The translations under genes were made by a program, and so were the position numbers. A model generated the notes under the pieces. The model was not told the DNA's origin and did no database searches. It saw only the letters and a list, made by a program, of their open reading frames with translations. Shown piece by piece: positions 20,213-29,728 of a stretch of 64,000 bases of DNA (its first letter is position 1; each line of letters begins with the position of its first letter). Where the stretch lies: the IMG/VR virus record IMGVR_UViG_3300032294_002797, positions 159,303 to 223,302 of that record; one strand, given 5' to 3'.

Positions 20213-20773
20213 TTATACTTGTAATGTTAAAAAATTATCTATTCCCATTTGTTCTATCAATTTAAGATATCCTTCATATAGTTTAATGCCATCTTCACTA
20301 CCTTGAAGTAGCGGGATCATAGTATTGGCCGTAAGTTCGTCTCCTACGGCTCGTGCAGCAACAATAGTGGCTCGTTCTGCTGTCGATGCTTCTCTAACTG
20401 AGGCTAGATTGTAATTAATCATTGCCACCATATCATGTCTTGTCCATCTTGGTAGAGATACATTAAGTGGCTGGTAATCAACATCAAAAAACTCTAAACG
20501 TGTTAAGTTTATCATAGCATGTTCATGTTCTTCCAAAGCATCAGCTTTAATAATTGCTGCTAATTTTTTATAGCCCCATCTTTCAAGATGCACTGCTTGT
20601 GCCGATAATACTGTTGTTTGTTGCCAGTGAATATTAAGAGATTTTTTAAGAAGTTCTATCACCGTTTCTGTAGAATATTTTGTGACTTCTTGAGCTTGTG
20701 TGTTTTCTGATTTGTTGTCCATATTAGATATTTTGCTTTCTTGATCTTGTAATAGTTCTGATATAGGTTTCAT
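20213..20773 (-). CDS. bfr: bacterioferritin-like protein (degenerate ferroxidase centre)
   Basis: WGYKKLA, EEHEH, GDELT, IEQMGIDNFL follow the Bfr pattern. Confidence 0.75.
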   Translation of the reverse strand: MKPISELLQDQESKISNMDNKSENTQAQEVTKYSTETVIELLKKSLNIHWQQTTVLSAQAVHLERWGYKKLAAIIKADALEEHEHAMINLTRLEFFDVDYQPLNVSLPRWTRHDMVAMINYNLASVREASTAERATIVAARAVGDELTANTMIPLLQGSEDGIKLYEGYLKLIEQMGIDNFLTLQV

Positions 20774-20777
20774 ATTA

Positions 20778-21338
20778 TCACCAAGCTTTGCATGACCAGT
20801 ATCGGGCTTTATACTTAGGTCCAGGATTATCGCAGTTGTGTCGTGCTCTAAAACTTTTACGTCTTTCGGGAATATTTTTTTTAATTTTCATATTAGGATC
20901 ACCAAATCTAACTATTATAACCTTGCCTTTTTCATTTTTAACATAAACCGCAGATTTTTTAGGTCCATCAGGAGTTCTGAAAGGTTTATTAAGAGTTACT
21001 TTCCGTCCTTGATATTCTGATGCTATCAGATGAGAAATATCATATTCTTCTATTTCTTCACCAAAGTCAATATAGTCTTCTTCTTTAGGAATCAATAGAT
21101 TTGATAATGTAAGAAGTTCTTCTGGATCATCACAATCCTCACAATCATAGGCTAGGCTGAAACCTAATATCTCCATGACCTGATCAATCAAACTACTCTT
21201 AGATTTTTTGGTTTGACCCAAACATACGGACACTCTTTGTTTGGTGTCTTTATAGTCTTTTTTCATTGTTTCGTCACTCATGCAACGACTAACAAATTTT
21301 TGACTATCTTCATCTTTTCTTGGCTTTGGAATTGGCAT
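20778..21338 (-). CDS. conserved phage protein (basic FRARH.C..YWSC domain)
   Basis: RFGDPNM..RRKSFRARHNCD..ARYWSCKAW. Confidence 0.65.
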   Translation of the reverse strand: MPIPKPRKDEDSQKFVSRCMSDETMKKDYKDTKQRVSVCLGQTKKSKSSLIDQVMEILGFSLAYDCEDCDDPEELLTLSNLLIPKEEDYIDFGEEIEEYDISHLIASEYQGRKVTLNKPFRTPDGPKKSAVYVKNEKGKVIIVRFGDPNMKIKKNIPERRKSFRARHNCDNPGPKYKARYWSCKAW

Positions 21339-21392
21339 AGAGTATCTCCTAGATAAATATTAATACACCAATAAAATAACTGAATTTGACCA

Positions 21393-22463
21393 CTAAATGT
21401 GGTTTTTTAAACAGTCTATGGTGCTGGACCAGCTAAGTTTTTTAGCAGTTTCTAAGCCATTGCTATTTGTTCTGATATTATTCTTATACACGTGTTGCAT
21501 ATAACCTATAGTCTGATCTATTTGTGATTGTCCTAATTTCGCCCAATTTCCATTACCAAAAAACCATTTATTATCTATCGCAGGTTCTTTATCTTCGATT
21601 TGCACAAGATAACTATTGTTTTCATTACAATATTCTGTATGAGCAGAATAATTCGATGCTATAACAGGTTTATTCATAGCCATAGTTTCTAATAATTCCA
21701 TATTCCAGCCTTCTCCTCTGGAGATATAGACACCACAATCTGTATAAGAAATAATTTTTGCTACATCTTTTTGTGATGGTACTCTAGGGAAAATTTTAAT
21801 TTTATCTTTTAGTTTGCATTCCATGACTTTGGTAATCCAGACATTTTCTTCTTCAGGAGTAAGAAAGCCGTTATGAGTCAACATCCATAATTCTACATTA
21901 TCATTTGTATTAAAAGCTTTATTAAAACAATCTATAATAGTATCATGTGCTTTTCTTTTTTCCCATTTTCCTATAGTAATAAAAATGTATTTATCTCGTG
22001 GTATGGCTTGATGAGTATTTAGAGCGTTGTCAAAAATAGATCTATCTACTCCTAGTTTTACTATATCAATTTTAGTTTTAATATCATTATCTATCAATAC
22101 TTGTTTGGCCCAAGATGAGGAAACTATGATTTGATCTGGAAAATTTAGATTAATTTTATCTTTATTAGACAGAGAATCCGTCTCAAAAAATGGCATAGCC
22201 ATATATTTCCCCTTGCCTATACGAGACATAAGATCAAACTGGTGCCATATTTTCAGACATGTTGCATTGTATTCTATACTGTCTAGGTTAGACATATATT
22301 TTTTTACAATGGACGCATCGTCTTCATGATCTATACTAGGATTTCCTATGGGGTATAAGCCAATATTATCTAAATTATGATCTATATAAAATCCCTTAAG
22401 AATATTTAACCCGACATAACCATATCCAGTATATCCTATTGGACTCATAATTGTAGTTTGCAT
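21393..22463 (-). CDS. GT4-family glycosyltransferase
   Basis: GKWEKRK, SRGEGWNMELLETMAMNKPVI (EX7E). Confidence 0.9.
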   Translation of the reverse strand: MQTTIMSPIGYTGYGYVGLNILKGFYIDHNLDNIGLYPIGNPSIDHEDDASIVKKYMSNLDSIEYNATCLKIWHQFDLMSRIGKGKYMAMPFFETDSLSNKDKINLNFPDQIIVSSSWAKQVLIDNDIKTKIDIVKLGVDRSIFDNALNTHQAIPRDKYIFITIGKWEKRKAHDTIIDCFNKAFNTNDNVELWMLTHNGFLTPEEENVWITKVMECKLKDKIKIFPRVPSQKDVAKIISYTDCGVYISRGEGWNMELLETMAMNKPVIASNYSAHTEYCNENNSYLVQIEDKEPAIDNKWFFGNGNWAKLGQSQIDQTIGYMQHVYKNNIRTNSNGLETAKKLSWSSTIDCLKNHI

Positions 22464-22469
22464 AGTAAC

Positions 22470-23594
22470 TTATATTCCTAATAATGGATTTTTATTATTG
22501 TGTATTGTATTCGCTTTACAAAATTGGCTGCACTTTGACATGTATTTAATCTGAGAAGCCCCTATGTAACAACAGCAGGAGCGTATGCCTCCTAACAGTT
22601 CTTGTATTACTTTGTCTAAAGAACCTTTATATTTAACTATTATTTTTGTGCCTTCACTTGCTCTATACTCTTTCACTGTATCTTCGTATAGTTGTTGAGA
22701 GTGGTGTGTGCTCATACCATAATAAGAAAATTTAACTTTACGTTTTTCTGTTGGGTATCCAGGATCATTTGGTTGATAAAAATTGCCATGACGAACTAGA
22801 TATTCATATTCCCATTCTCCGTCGCACGGATCACTTCCAGCAAAATAACCACCCAACATAACAAAATCTGCCCCAGCACATAGAGCCTTAGAAACATCTC
22901 CAGAAGTCTTATGTCCTCCATCAGAAACGATTAAGCCGAGTTTCTTGGGTCCATTTTGAAGACCATGAGCGACATAAGCATTTTCTAAACAGGCGGATAA
23001 CTGAGGCATTCCGCAGCCGGTTAGGAATCTTGTGGTACAGGCCGATCCCCCGCCTATTCCGACTTTTACTATGTCTACGCCGCCATAAATCAAAAGTTCT
23101 TGAGTAGATGATGTATTAGTGACATTTCCTGCAATAATAATTGATTCTGGAAAATGCTCTCTAACCTTATGACAATACTTAACAAAAACATCCATATGAC
23201 CATTGGGAACATCAATGCAGATATTTGGTTGTTTGCCTAGTTTTTGTTTAAGTTCTAGCAAATGAGCTAGGTCACTCTTTTTATATCCTATAGATACGAA
23301 AGTATAGTCAATATTGTTCGGATGTTTTATAAAATAATTTACTAATTCATCTACACTATGGTATTTATGTAAACATGCTATTATCTTATGATTAGCTAAG
23401 TCTTTAGCCATATCAAAACTACAAAAACTCATATTAGCACACATGATAGGTATACCAGTCCAAGTTCTTGGACTATGGTAAAAACTAAATGTTCTTTCTA
23501 AATGAATTTCTGATCGACTAGTTAGAGTGGATCGTTGAGGTACTATAAGAATATCATCAAAATCCAATTTGGTTTCATCAATAATTTTTTGCAT
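22470..23594 (-). CDS. guaC: GMP reductase
   Basis: LDFDDILIVP.RS, CIDVPNGH, KVGIGGGSACTTR, SDGG, YRASEG; no CBS domains. Confidence 0.9.
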   Translation of the reverse strand: MQKIIDETKLDFDDILIVPQRSTLTSRSEIHLERTFSFYHSPRTWTGIPIMCANMSFCSFDMAKDLANHKIIACLHKYHSVDELVNYFIKHPNNIDYTFVSIGYKKSDLAHLLELKQKLGKQPNICIDVPNGHMDVFVKYCHKVREHFPESIIIAGNVTNTSSTQELLIYGGVDIVKVGIGGGSACTTRFLTGCGMPQLSACLENAYVAHGLQNGPKKLGLIVSDGGHKTSGDVSKALCAGADFVMLGGYFAGSDPCDGEWEYEYLVRHGNFYQPNDPGYPTEKRKVKFSYYGMSTHHSQQLYEDTVKEYRASEGTKIIVKYKGSLDKVIQELLGGIRSCCCYIGASQIKYMSKCSQFCKANTIHNNKNPLLGI

Positions 23595-23600
23595 ATAATA

Positions 23601-24080
23601 TTACTTATCTTCCTTGTGAATAGTATTCTTTCCTTCTGGAAATTGATATAATACTCCGTAACTTATAAAAATTTCTTGGTTTTCTCGTATTGGTTGAGTT
23701 GCTTTACATCTACCTATAAGTTGTGTGTAATCTATTACAATCTCTGCATTGGGGTCGTCTTGATGATTATATATTCCTCCATACCCTAATCTTAGACATA
23801 AAACTTCTCCGTGTCTTTTGCATTCCTCACACTCGCATTTTTTTGCAACAGAGTACTCTAGGACTCTGGTATCTCCTTGGTAATGTGTGCGGAAATACAA
23901 CGGCACCAAAGGAAATATTTCTATCACATCGCCTATAGAAAAATTTTTCTTTGCAAAAACCCCTATACCATGAACATCCGAAGCTTTAACATAAACTAAT
24001 TCTGAGGAGCATGCTATTTCAGGTAGTTTTGTAGACTCTGGTATATTTGGTATGGCTTTGGTTTTTGTTGTATCTAGCAT
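23601..24080 (-). CDS. SET-domain protein-lysine methyltransferase
   Basis: HGIGVFA, YNHQDDPN, EIFISYG..Y. Confidence 0.85.
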   Translation of the reverse strand: MLDTTKTKAIPNIPESTKLPEIACSSELVYVKASDVHGIGVFAKKNFSIGDVIEIFPLVPLYFRTHYQGDTRVLEYSVAKKCECEECKRHGEVLCLRLGYGGIYNHQDDPNAEIVIDYTQLIGRCKATQPIRENQEIFISYGVLYQFPEGKNTIHKEDK

Positions 24081-24090
24081 TATGACTTCC

Positions 24091-24624
24091 TTATTTTAAG
24101 TTGAAAAAGCACCATCTTTTATTATGATAATCGGAATTAGTATTATTTATTTTATCTAGATATAGGATCATTTCATCCCAGTGACTAAAAATAAATTCAT
24201 GTGGCAATGTACCGAATAGCCAATCTGGCGCGTGATGTTTGCCTTGTTCCATCCTAACAAGAATCGGTTTTTTTTGTCTATTAGCCCAAAAAATTTCTTC
24301 CAAGGTTCCGCAAGGATGGGTATTGAGATCTAGATTAACTATCAAGAAATCACTGATATCCACCATCCTCAAATCTATAGATCTAATCTCTTTCATTAAT
24401 ATAGATAATTCATCGAAAGACCCTTGCTCTTTAAGAGATTTCTTTTTTGCTACGACATTCTCATTTTCGACACCAGCACCTATAGGCTTATGTATAGGAT
24501 TAAGAACATGTACTCCATAACCTACTAATATGGGACTGATATAATCTCTCCATCCTACTCCTCTGTCGGGCACTCTGTCCATAGCACCAGCCAAGTAACA
24601 TCTTTGATTAGAAAGTTTATTCAT
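24091..24624 (-). CDS. nucleoside 2-deoxyribosyltransferase-like protein
   Basis: YLAGAM, WR, NP, DLRMVDISD, GTLEE. Confidence 0.8.
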   Translation of the reverse strand: MNKLSNQRCYLAGAMDRVPDRGVGWRDYISPILVGYGVHVLNPIHKPIGAGVENENVVAKKKSLKEQGSFDELSILMKEIRSIDLRMVDISDFLIVNLDLNTHPCGTLEEIFWANRQKKPILVRMEQGKHHAPDWLFGTLPHEFIFSHWDEMILYLDKINNTNSDYHNKRWCFFNLK

Positions 24625-24630
24625 GAAATA

Positions 24631-24822
24631 TTATTTTCCTAAGAAAAAATCTATCACTGATCTATCTGAATTCTTTACAGTTTTAAAATTTGGAGAATAT
24701 AATTTTACTAAGCCGTCTATAAAACCACATATGATCATTAACAAAAAAGCAAAATAAAGCATATTTTTATTTCGAAGAGATAGGATTGTAAATAAATACA
24801 GGAATGTCATTCCATATGTCAT
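24631..24822 (-). CDS. small membrane protein
   Basis: Hydrophobic ORF; start uncertain. Confidence 0.4.
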   Translation of the reverse strand: MTYGMTFLYLFTILSLRNKNMLYFAFLLMIICGFIDGLVKLYSPNFKTVKNSDRSVIDFFLGK

Positions 24823-25324
24823 GTATCAAACATTCGATAAATTTCCATTGACCACCAGCAAGTCCGCTGCCAAATTTGGGAGCATGAATCTCTACGGTTG
24901 ATGTGTCTGATTGAGAATTAAGATTTTTAACAAGATGCTTGATATTTAACATACACATAGACAATGCTCCGTAATTTAATGGTCTTATATTTTGTTTATT
25001 AATTAAACCATTTTGAGCAATCATATTAATTACTATCAATTCATGTCCATATTGTTTATTTTTCATGACTAATATATTTTGATTCTGACCAAGTACAGGC
25101 TTGCGTAAAAGATGAAAATTTTCTTTGACTATAGGAAATGTATGAGCAATAGCATCAGCAAATCCAGCCCCAAAAGCATTAACATTATTACATACATGAG
25201 GTATAATAACTGTCGCTCCTGTAGAAGCGGATTCTACTCGGTCTTTGGTTATGGTAAAGATATTTTTGTTTAGATAGTGCAGCTTAGAAGATGAATCGGT
25301 TTGAATGGTCATTTTTTGCTCCAT
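24767..25324 (-). CDS. macrodomain ADP-ribose hydrolase (DarG/Poa1-like)
   Basis: HVCNNVNAFGAGFA, NMIAQ, HAPKFGSGLAGGQW. Confidence 0.85.
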   Translation of the reverse strand: MEQKMTIQTDSSSKLHYLNKNIFTITKDRVESASTGATVIIPHVCNNVNAFGAGFADAIAHTFPIVKENFHLLRKPVLGQNQNILVMKNKQYGHELIVINMIAQNGLINKQNIRPLNYGALSMCMLNIKHLVKNLNSQSDTSTVEIHAPKFGSGLAGGQWKFIECLIHDIWNDIPVFIYNPISSK

Positions 25325-25557
25325 TTACCTAAAGGACATTCTTGATCCGCCCAGGCTAATTTATTTAAGAATACTTTCTTTCGATTCACATTACATCCAC
25401 AGACCATACAAGTAGAATCTTTTGTATTATACATGTCACATCCTCCTGAACAAATAGCAAATCGTTCAAAAATTTCTTGCTTAGAACACTTGGGAAATCC
25501 TGCATAAATATGAAAAAACAAGGATTTCAAAAAAGTCTTAATTTTTAGTATGGTCAT
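25309..25557 (-). CDS. Cys-rich zinc-binding protein
   Basis: R..IC...C, CMVCGC, CPLGKW. Confidence 0.65.
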   Translation of the reverse strand: MTILKIKTFLKSLFFHIYAGFPKCSKQEIFERFAICSGGCDMYNTKDSTCMVCGCNVNRKKVFLNKLAWADQECPLGKWSKK

Positions 25558-25783
25558 TGCTATTATCTTGTATTGGTATTATATTCTTATCTTTATCAAT
25601 ATAATAAATTTCTGTAGATTCTACCGTAGTGTTTTCTGGTAGCCATATTCCGGCTCCGCTAGTTATGTTGATAGCATAACAATATTTATTTTTATCTCTA
25701 AACTTAAAGTCTATAGTCAAGACAAATATATTCTCTCTATAAAAGAATATGTTCCCGGGTTTTAGTTCCTCAAGATATTTCAT
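25538..25783 (-). CDS. hypothetical SH3-like protein
   Basis: LEELKPGNIF start; overlapping operon. Confidence 0.55.
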   Translation of the reverse strand: MKYLEELKPGNIFFYRENIFVLTIDFKFRDKNKYCYAINITSGAGIWLPENTTVESTEIYYIDKDKNIIPIQDNSNDHTKN

Positions 25784-25955
25784 TCTCCCAGTCTTCCCAA
25801 AGTTCTTCTGCTCTTAGTTGTTGTTTTTTTTGTTTGAACTGTTTTTTAAGTTTATTGCGATCTTTAGATTCTACAATACCGTCATCTCTAGCATCGAGAT
25901 GCTTTTTCTTAAAACTGTCTCTTCTCTGAATTTTTCTATCGTTTTCTTCGTTCAT
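25770..25955 (-). CDS. small charged protein
   Basis: First gene after the promoter at 25972-25999. Confidence 0.6.
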   Translation of the reverse strand: MNEENDRKIQRRDSFKKKHLDARDDGIVESKDRNKLKKQFKQKKQQLRAEELWEDWENEIS

Positions 25956-25971
25956 ATCGATCTTTCATATA

Positions 25972-25999
25972 ATTATACAACAACCGGGGAATGGGTCAA
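25972..25999 (-). promoter_or_regulatory. sigma70-like promoter
   Basis: TTGACC-N16-TATAAT. Confidence 0.7.
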
Positions 26000-26009
26000 G
26001 AATCGTTTT

Positions 26010-26930
26010 TTACATAGTTGGTCTAATAATACCATTACCTTCGTATCTCCTTAATCCTCTATATTTAGCATTATTTAATGGCATAGTATTTTTTTTAAAA
26101 TGATCTATGTATTCTTTTTGTTGAGGTTTTGCTAAGGGATCTTTTTTTCTCAATAAGGAAAGCCATAAAGCTGCACACCCCACAGCAAAAGGAGTAGACA
26201 TACTAGTACCAGACATTACGGCATAACTATTGCCTGGTGCTGCGCTAATAATATCTGCTCCTGGGGCTAGGAAATCCAAAGAATCACCAGTACAACTAAA
26301 TTGACAAATATCTAGACTCCGATCAATTGCTCCTATACTTATAGTCTCATCATATTTAGCAGGAAAATTTATTTCATGTTTTAATCCACTATTACCGGCG
26401 GCACAAAAAATAATCACTCCCTTACCTGTAGCATATAGCAATGCTCTTTCAATGGCTAAAGAAGGATAAGTTGATCCAAGTGACATTGTTATTATATCTG
26501 CCCCATGATCTGTCGCCCATACTATAGCAGAACCGACGTTGTTATTGGAACCCATACCACTATCATCAAGTGCTTTTATAGGCATAATTTTAACTGATGG
26601 AGCCACCCCTACTATTCCTCTATTATTATTGATAGCGGCGATAGTTCCTGCAACATGAGTTCCGTGTCCATTAACATCTATGGGATCTGTATTCGGTTGA
26701 ATAATATTGTACCCGTCAACTAGATTATCTTTAATATCATCATGATTGATATCACAACCGGTATCTATTACAGCAACAGTAACTCCTACCCCATTTGTTT
26801 TAGACCAACATGTTGGAACATCGAATAATGATATAGACCAAGGGAATATTTGTCCTGCAGAAGCTGATAATCCGTATATAGGCTCTTTAATATGCGGTAA
26901 CAGTCTACATTCTTTACGATTTCTATTCAT
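26010..26930 (-). CDS. subtilisin-like serine protease (S8)
   Basis: VAVIDTG, HGTHVAG, AAGN, GTSMSTP. Confidence 0.95.
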   Translation of the reverse strand: MNRNRKECRLLPHIKEPIYGLSASAGQIFPWSISLFDVPTCWSKTNGVGVTVAVIDTGCDINHDDIKDNLVDGYNIIQPNTDPIDVNGHGTHVAGTIAAINNNRGIVGVAPSVKIMPIKALDDSGMGSNNNVGSAIVWATDHGADIITMSLGSTYPSLAIERALLYATGKGVIIFCAAGNSGLKHEINFPAKYDETISIGAIDRSLDICQFSCTGDSLDFLAPGADIISAAPGNSYAVMSGTSMSTPFAVGCAALWLSLLRKKDPLAKPQQKEYIDHFKKNTMPLNNAKYRGLRRYEGNGIIRPTM

Positions 26931-27708
26931 GGGGAGACACTTTCTCTAATAGTTGTTTATTTGTATCAATCCAATCTATATAATAGCTGATTCTTGTGTG
27001 TCCACTCTCATCTCCATAATTAGAGTCTGTTAATCTATCTGAGGCAAATACGCACGAGTGAATACCAGCTAATTTTTTATCTATAAATAATCCACCTCCA
27101 CTATCACCAGGAGTGATTAAACACTCTAATGAGGTTTTTGGTTTGTCATCATTAGTACAAATAAGTAAATGATTTTCTATCCTATTGATTATATTGGAGC
27201 CTGCTCTTTTTTTATTTGCTGGTATATTTTTATCAAACCCTGTAATAAAATTGCCGGGGGATCCGAAACCGGCCTGACTACTAACTTTTCCTACCTCGTT
27301 AGTCTCATTATAAAGATTAGGATAAAAATTAAGCTTAATAGGGATTTCTAATTTGCCGATTGCTATGTCATAAAAACCTATCTTTCCACGCAAAAATTTG
27401 TCATGTATTATAAAAGAAGAGCAGGGATAAATATTTTTATCAAATAAAACCATAGGCTTATCTGAACCATCCAAGATGTGTGCGGCGGTTAAAAAATAAT
27501 AATCTCCAATTAACACACAAGATCCACGATAAGGAGTATGTAATTCATCTTTATAATTACCGATTATAGATAATACGCATTCATGTTGCGCCCCATAATT
27601 AAGATATTCATCGTCTGATCGCACAGGATCCATAGTAATACTATAACTAGTAGTACTATATAATAAAATAGAAATACAAATAATAATTTTTAAAATATAT
27701 GTAAACAT
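26923..27708 (-). CDS. trypsin-like serine protease (S1) with signal peptide
   Basis: LTAAH, DIAI, GDSGG; hydrophobic N-terminus. Confidence 0.9.
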   Translation of the reverse strand: MFTYILKIIICISILLYSTTSYSITMDPVRSDDEYLNYGAQHECVLSIIGNYKDELHTPYRGSCVLIGDYYFLTAAHILDGSDKPMVLFDKNIYPCSSFIIHDKFLRGKIGFYDIAIGKLEIPIKLNFYPNLYNETNEVGKVSSQAGFGSPGNFITGFDKNIPANKKRAGSNIINRIENHLLICTNDDKPKTSLECLITPGDSGGGLFIDKKLAGIHSCVFASDRLTDSNYGDESGHTRISYYIDWIDTNKQLLEKVSPHE

Positions 27709-28019
27709 TATTTACTCTTTTTAAGCTTAGCATTATATGCTAGACTATCAGATACAATATCAGGATTCCAGCTTTTCCAGTTCATTAAGTGTCCAAATAT
27801 AAAATGACAATATTTATCACAAAGAGTAATTAAATTATTAGAATCTAATTCTTTGTCACTATCTATATGAACAGGAATGATATGATGAACTTCTGGATTT
27901 TTTTTCGAACCACAAGCCATGCAATTAGGATATATTTTTAGATGCTCGTTTCTGATAGATTTCCATTTAGGGGATCTATATGCTTCACGAATACGAGTAT
28001 TTAATGGCCAAATTCTCAT
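27708..28019 (-). CDS. small HNH endonuclease
   Basis: CxxC..VHHIIP..NLITLC...CH. Confidence 0.85.
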   Translation of the reverse strand: MRIWPLNTRIREAYRSPKWKSIRNEHLKIYPNCMACGSKKNPEVHHIIPVHIDSDKELDSNNLITLCDKYCHFIFGHLMNWKSWNPDIVSDSLAYNAKLKKSK

Positions 28020-28023
28020 TGTA

Positions 28024-29022
28024 TTATAATGATGCGGCTATTAGGCATCCTTTAGCTACAGCGTGTAACGGATTAGTAGACATACTGATTTCGGATATTG
28101 CTAGTGGAAAATTACATTCTGTTAATTTTTGAGATAAACTTTCTATATAACCATCGGCTTGGGAAGTGCCTCCAGCAACTATAATTTTAATTGGTTTTTT
28201 AAACTTAGGCAAAGATTTATGATTACTTAATGCATAAGATAACTGTTTTGCTGTATATTCAACCAATCTTTCATAGTATGATGACACCGCGTTTAAAACC
28301 GGATTGTCATTGGGGTGTCCGACTTTAAATCCGCCCGCCTCCTTCTCGATCTGAACTACGCTATCGGGTTCCCCTGTGGCAACAGAACTCATTCTATCAA
28401 TCCAATCGCCGGATTTTGTTGTGGAGAATACAACGGTGGGCTCGCCGTTTAACATAACACATACATTAGTCATCCCGGCACCACAACTTATACCAATACC
28501 AGTATAATCATCTCTTTCTAATTCTGCATAACATAAAGCTTCGGCTTCGTTGATAGATTTAGCATCATATCCCACCTCTGATAGTATAGTTTTAACGACA
28601 TCTTCATGATATCCTACATCAAAATCATCATCTTCTTGATCTATCGGCTGTGCAGGAACGCAGAATACTAATTTTTCATTTGCTTCTGTGGCTTTTCCTA
28701 CTACTTCTTTTAAAATAAAGGCGAGTATTCGTTTAGCATCTTTTTCTTTTACTGACACCACTCCTCTATACATTGGTCTTCTTGCAGTTTCATTTCTTTC
28801 TACGGCTTTTTCTATAGCATCTTTACCCAATAAGATAAATGATCCATCCGTATCTCTGATAAAAATTTTGCCTTTTAATCCTTTTTCTATCATTTTATTA
28901 GCAACGGGGGTTGAAGGCTTAATAACATAAAAAGCATCTCTGAATTCTTTGAAAATTAAACCCTTAGAACCTTGTTCAGACATGACTATAAAAGATGTTC
29001 CTACGTCTAAACCTTTACTCAT
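28024..29022 (-). CDS. actin-fold ATPase (MreB/MamK/FtsA superfamily)
   Basis: Phosphate-1 GLDVGT, connect-1 INEAEA, phosphate-2 SCGAGMT, adenosine VAGGTS, connect-2 PLHAVAKG. Confidence 0.85.
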   Translation of the reverse strand: MSKGLDVGTSFIVMSEQGSKGLIFKEFRDAFYVIKPSTPVANKMIEKGLKGKIFIRDTDGSFILLGKDAIEKAVERNETARRPMYRGVVSVKEKDAKRILAFILKEVVGKATEANEKLVFCVPAQPIDQEDDDFDVGYHEDVVKTILSEVGYDAKSINEAEALCYAELERDDYTGIGISCGAGMTNVCVMLNGEPTVVFSTTKSGDWIDRMSSVATGEPDSVVQIEKEAGGFKVGHPNDNPVLNAVSSYYERLVEYTAKQLSYALSNHKSLPKFKKPIKIIVAGGTSQADGYIESLSQKLTECNFPLAISEISMSTNPLHAVAKGCLIAASL

Positions 29023-29024
29023 AA

Positions 29025-29369
29025 TTAACCTTTCATATCTTTTAATTTATTAATTGATGATATTATATCCAGAGACACTTCTTTGTTTTCTGTGATGGTG
29101 TCATATTTTTTTTCCAAACTATTGGTATTAATTGATCCTACCACTTTTGTTTCGTCGATTGATACTTTAGGAGTAGTATTTTGACCTATTTTTTTAGATG
29201 ATGTGACTCTACTCTCTATAGTTATACACATATTTTTACCAATGAAAATACCTCCAATAAACAATAATAATTGTAATGAAGAAAAAATTAAGTATAAAAT
29301 AATACTAATATTATATTCCATGAATAAATAAATTGATAAGGGTGTATATCTTATTAGATTTTTTTGCAT
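29025..29369 (-). CDS. single-pass membrane protein
   Basis: Hydrophobic IILYLIFSSLQLLLFIGGIFIG; ends 2 nt before the actin-like ATG. Confidence 0.65.
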   Translation of the reverse strand: MQKNLIRYTPLSIYLFMEYNISIILYLIFSSLQLLLFIGGIFIGKNMCITIESRVTSSKKIGQNTTPKVSIDETKVVGSINTNSLEKKYDTITENKEVSLDIISSINKLKDMKG

Positions 29370-29395
29370 TATTACTATAATACACTAAATAAGCC

Positions 29396-29728
29396 ATGCT
29401 GACTACACAAAAATCATGGGGTGAAACTAACCTGGTATTCGATAATAGTACTGTACATGTATATATGGCTCATGTCAATAAAAAAGGATATTCTTCTAAA
29501 CATTATCATAAATATAAAAAAAATCTACTTTTTGTCCATAGTGGATCTTTATTAATTAGAAGATGGGTAGATAACGAACAGATAATAGAAACCCTATTGA
29601 AGAAAGGCGAATCTATTGTTATTCCCAATGAACAATGGCATCAATTTATTGCTCAAGAAGATACAGATCTTCTAGAAATTTATTATACGGTATTAGATCA
29701 TGAAGATATTATCAGATCTATTTTTTAG
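29396..29728 (+). CDS. cupin (mannose-6-P isomerase/lyxose isomerase-like)
   Basis: KSWG, SKHYH..K, WHQFIA..D..LLE. Confidence 0.8.
   Translation: MLTTQKSWGETNLVFDNSTVHVYMAHVNKKGYSSKHYHKYKKNLLFVHSGSLLIRRWVDNEQIIETLLKKGESIVIPNEQWHQFIAQEDTDLLEIYYTVLDHEDIIRSIF

Noticed and set aside
22470-23594. IMP dehydrogenase (guaB)
   Set aside because: Length, lack of CBS domains and the YRASEG motif fit GMP reductase better
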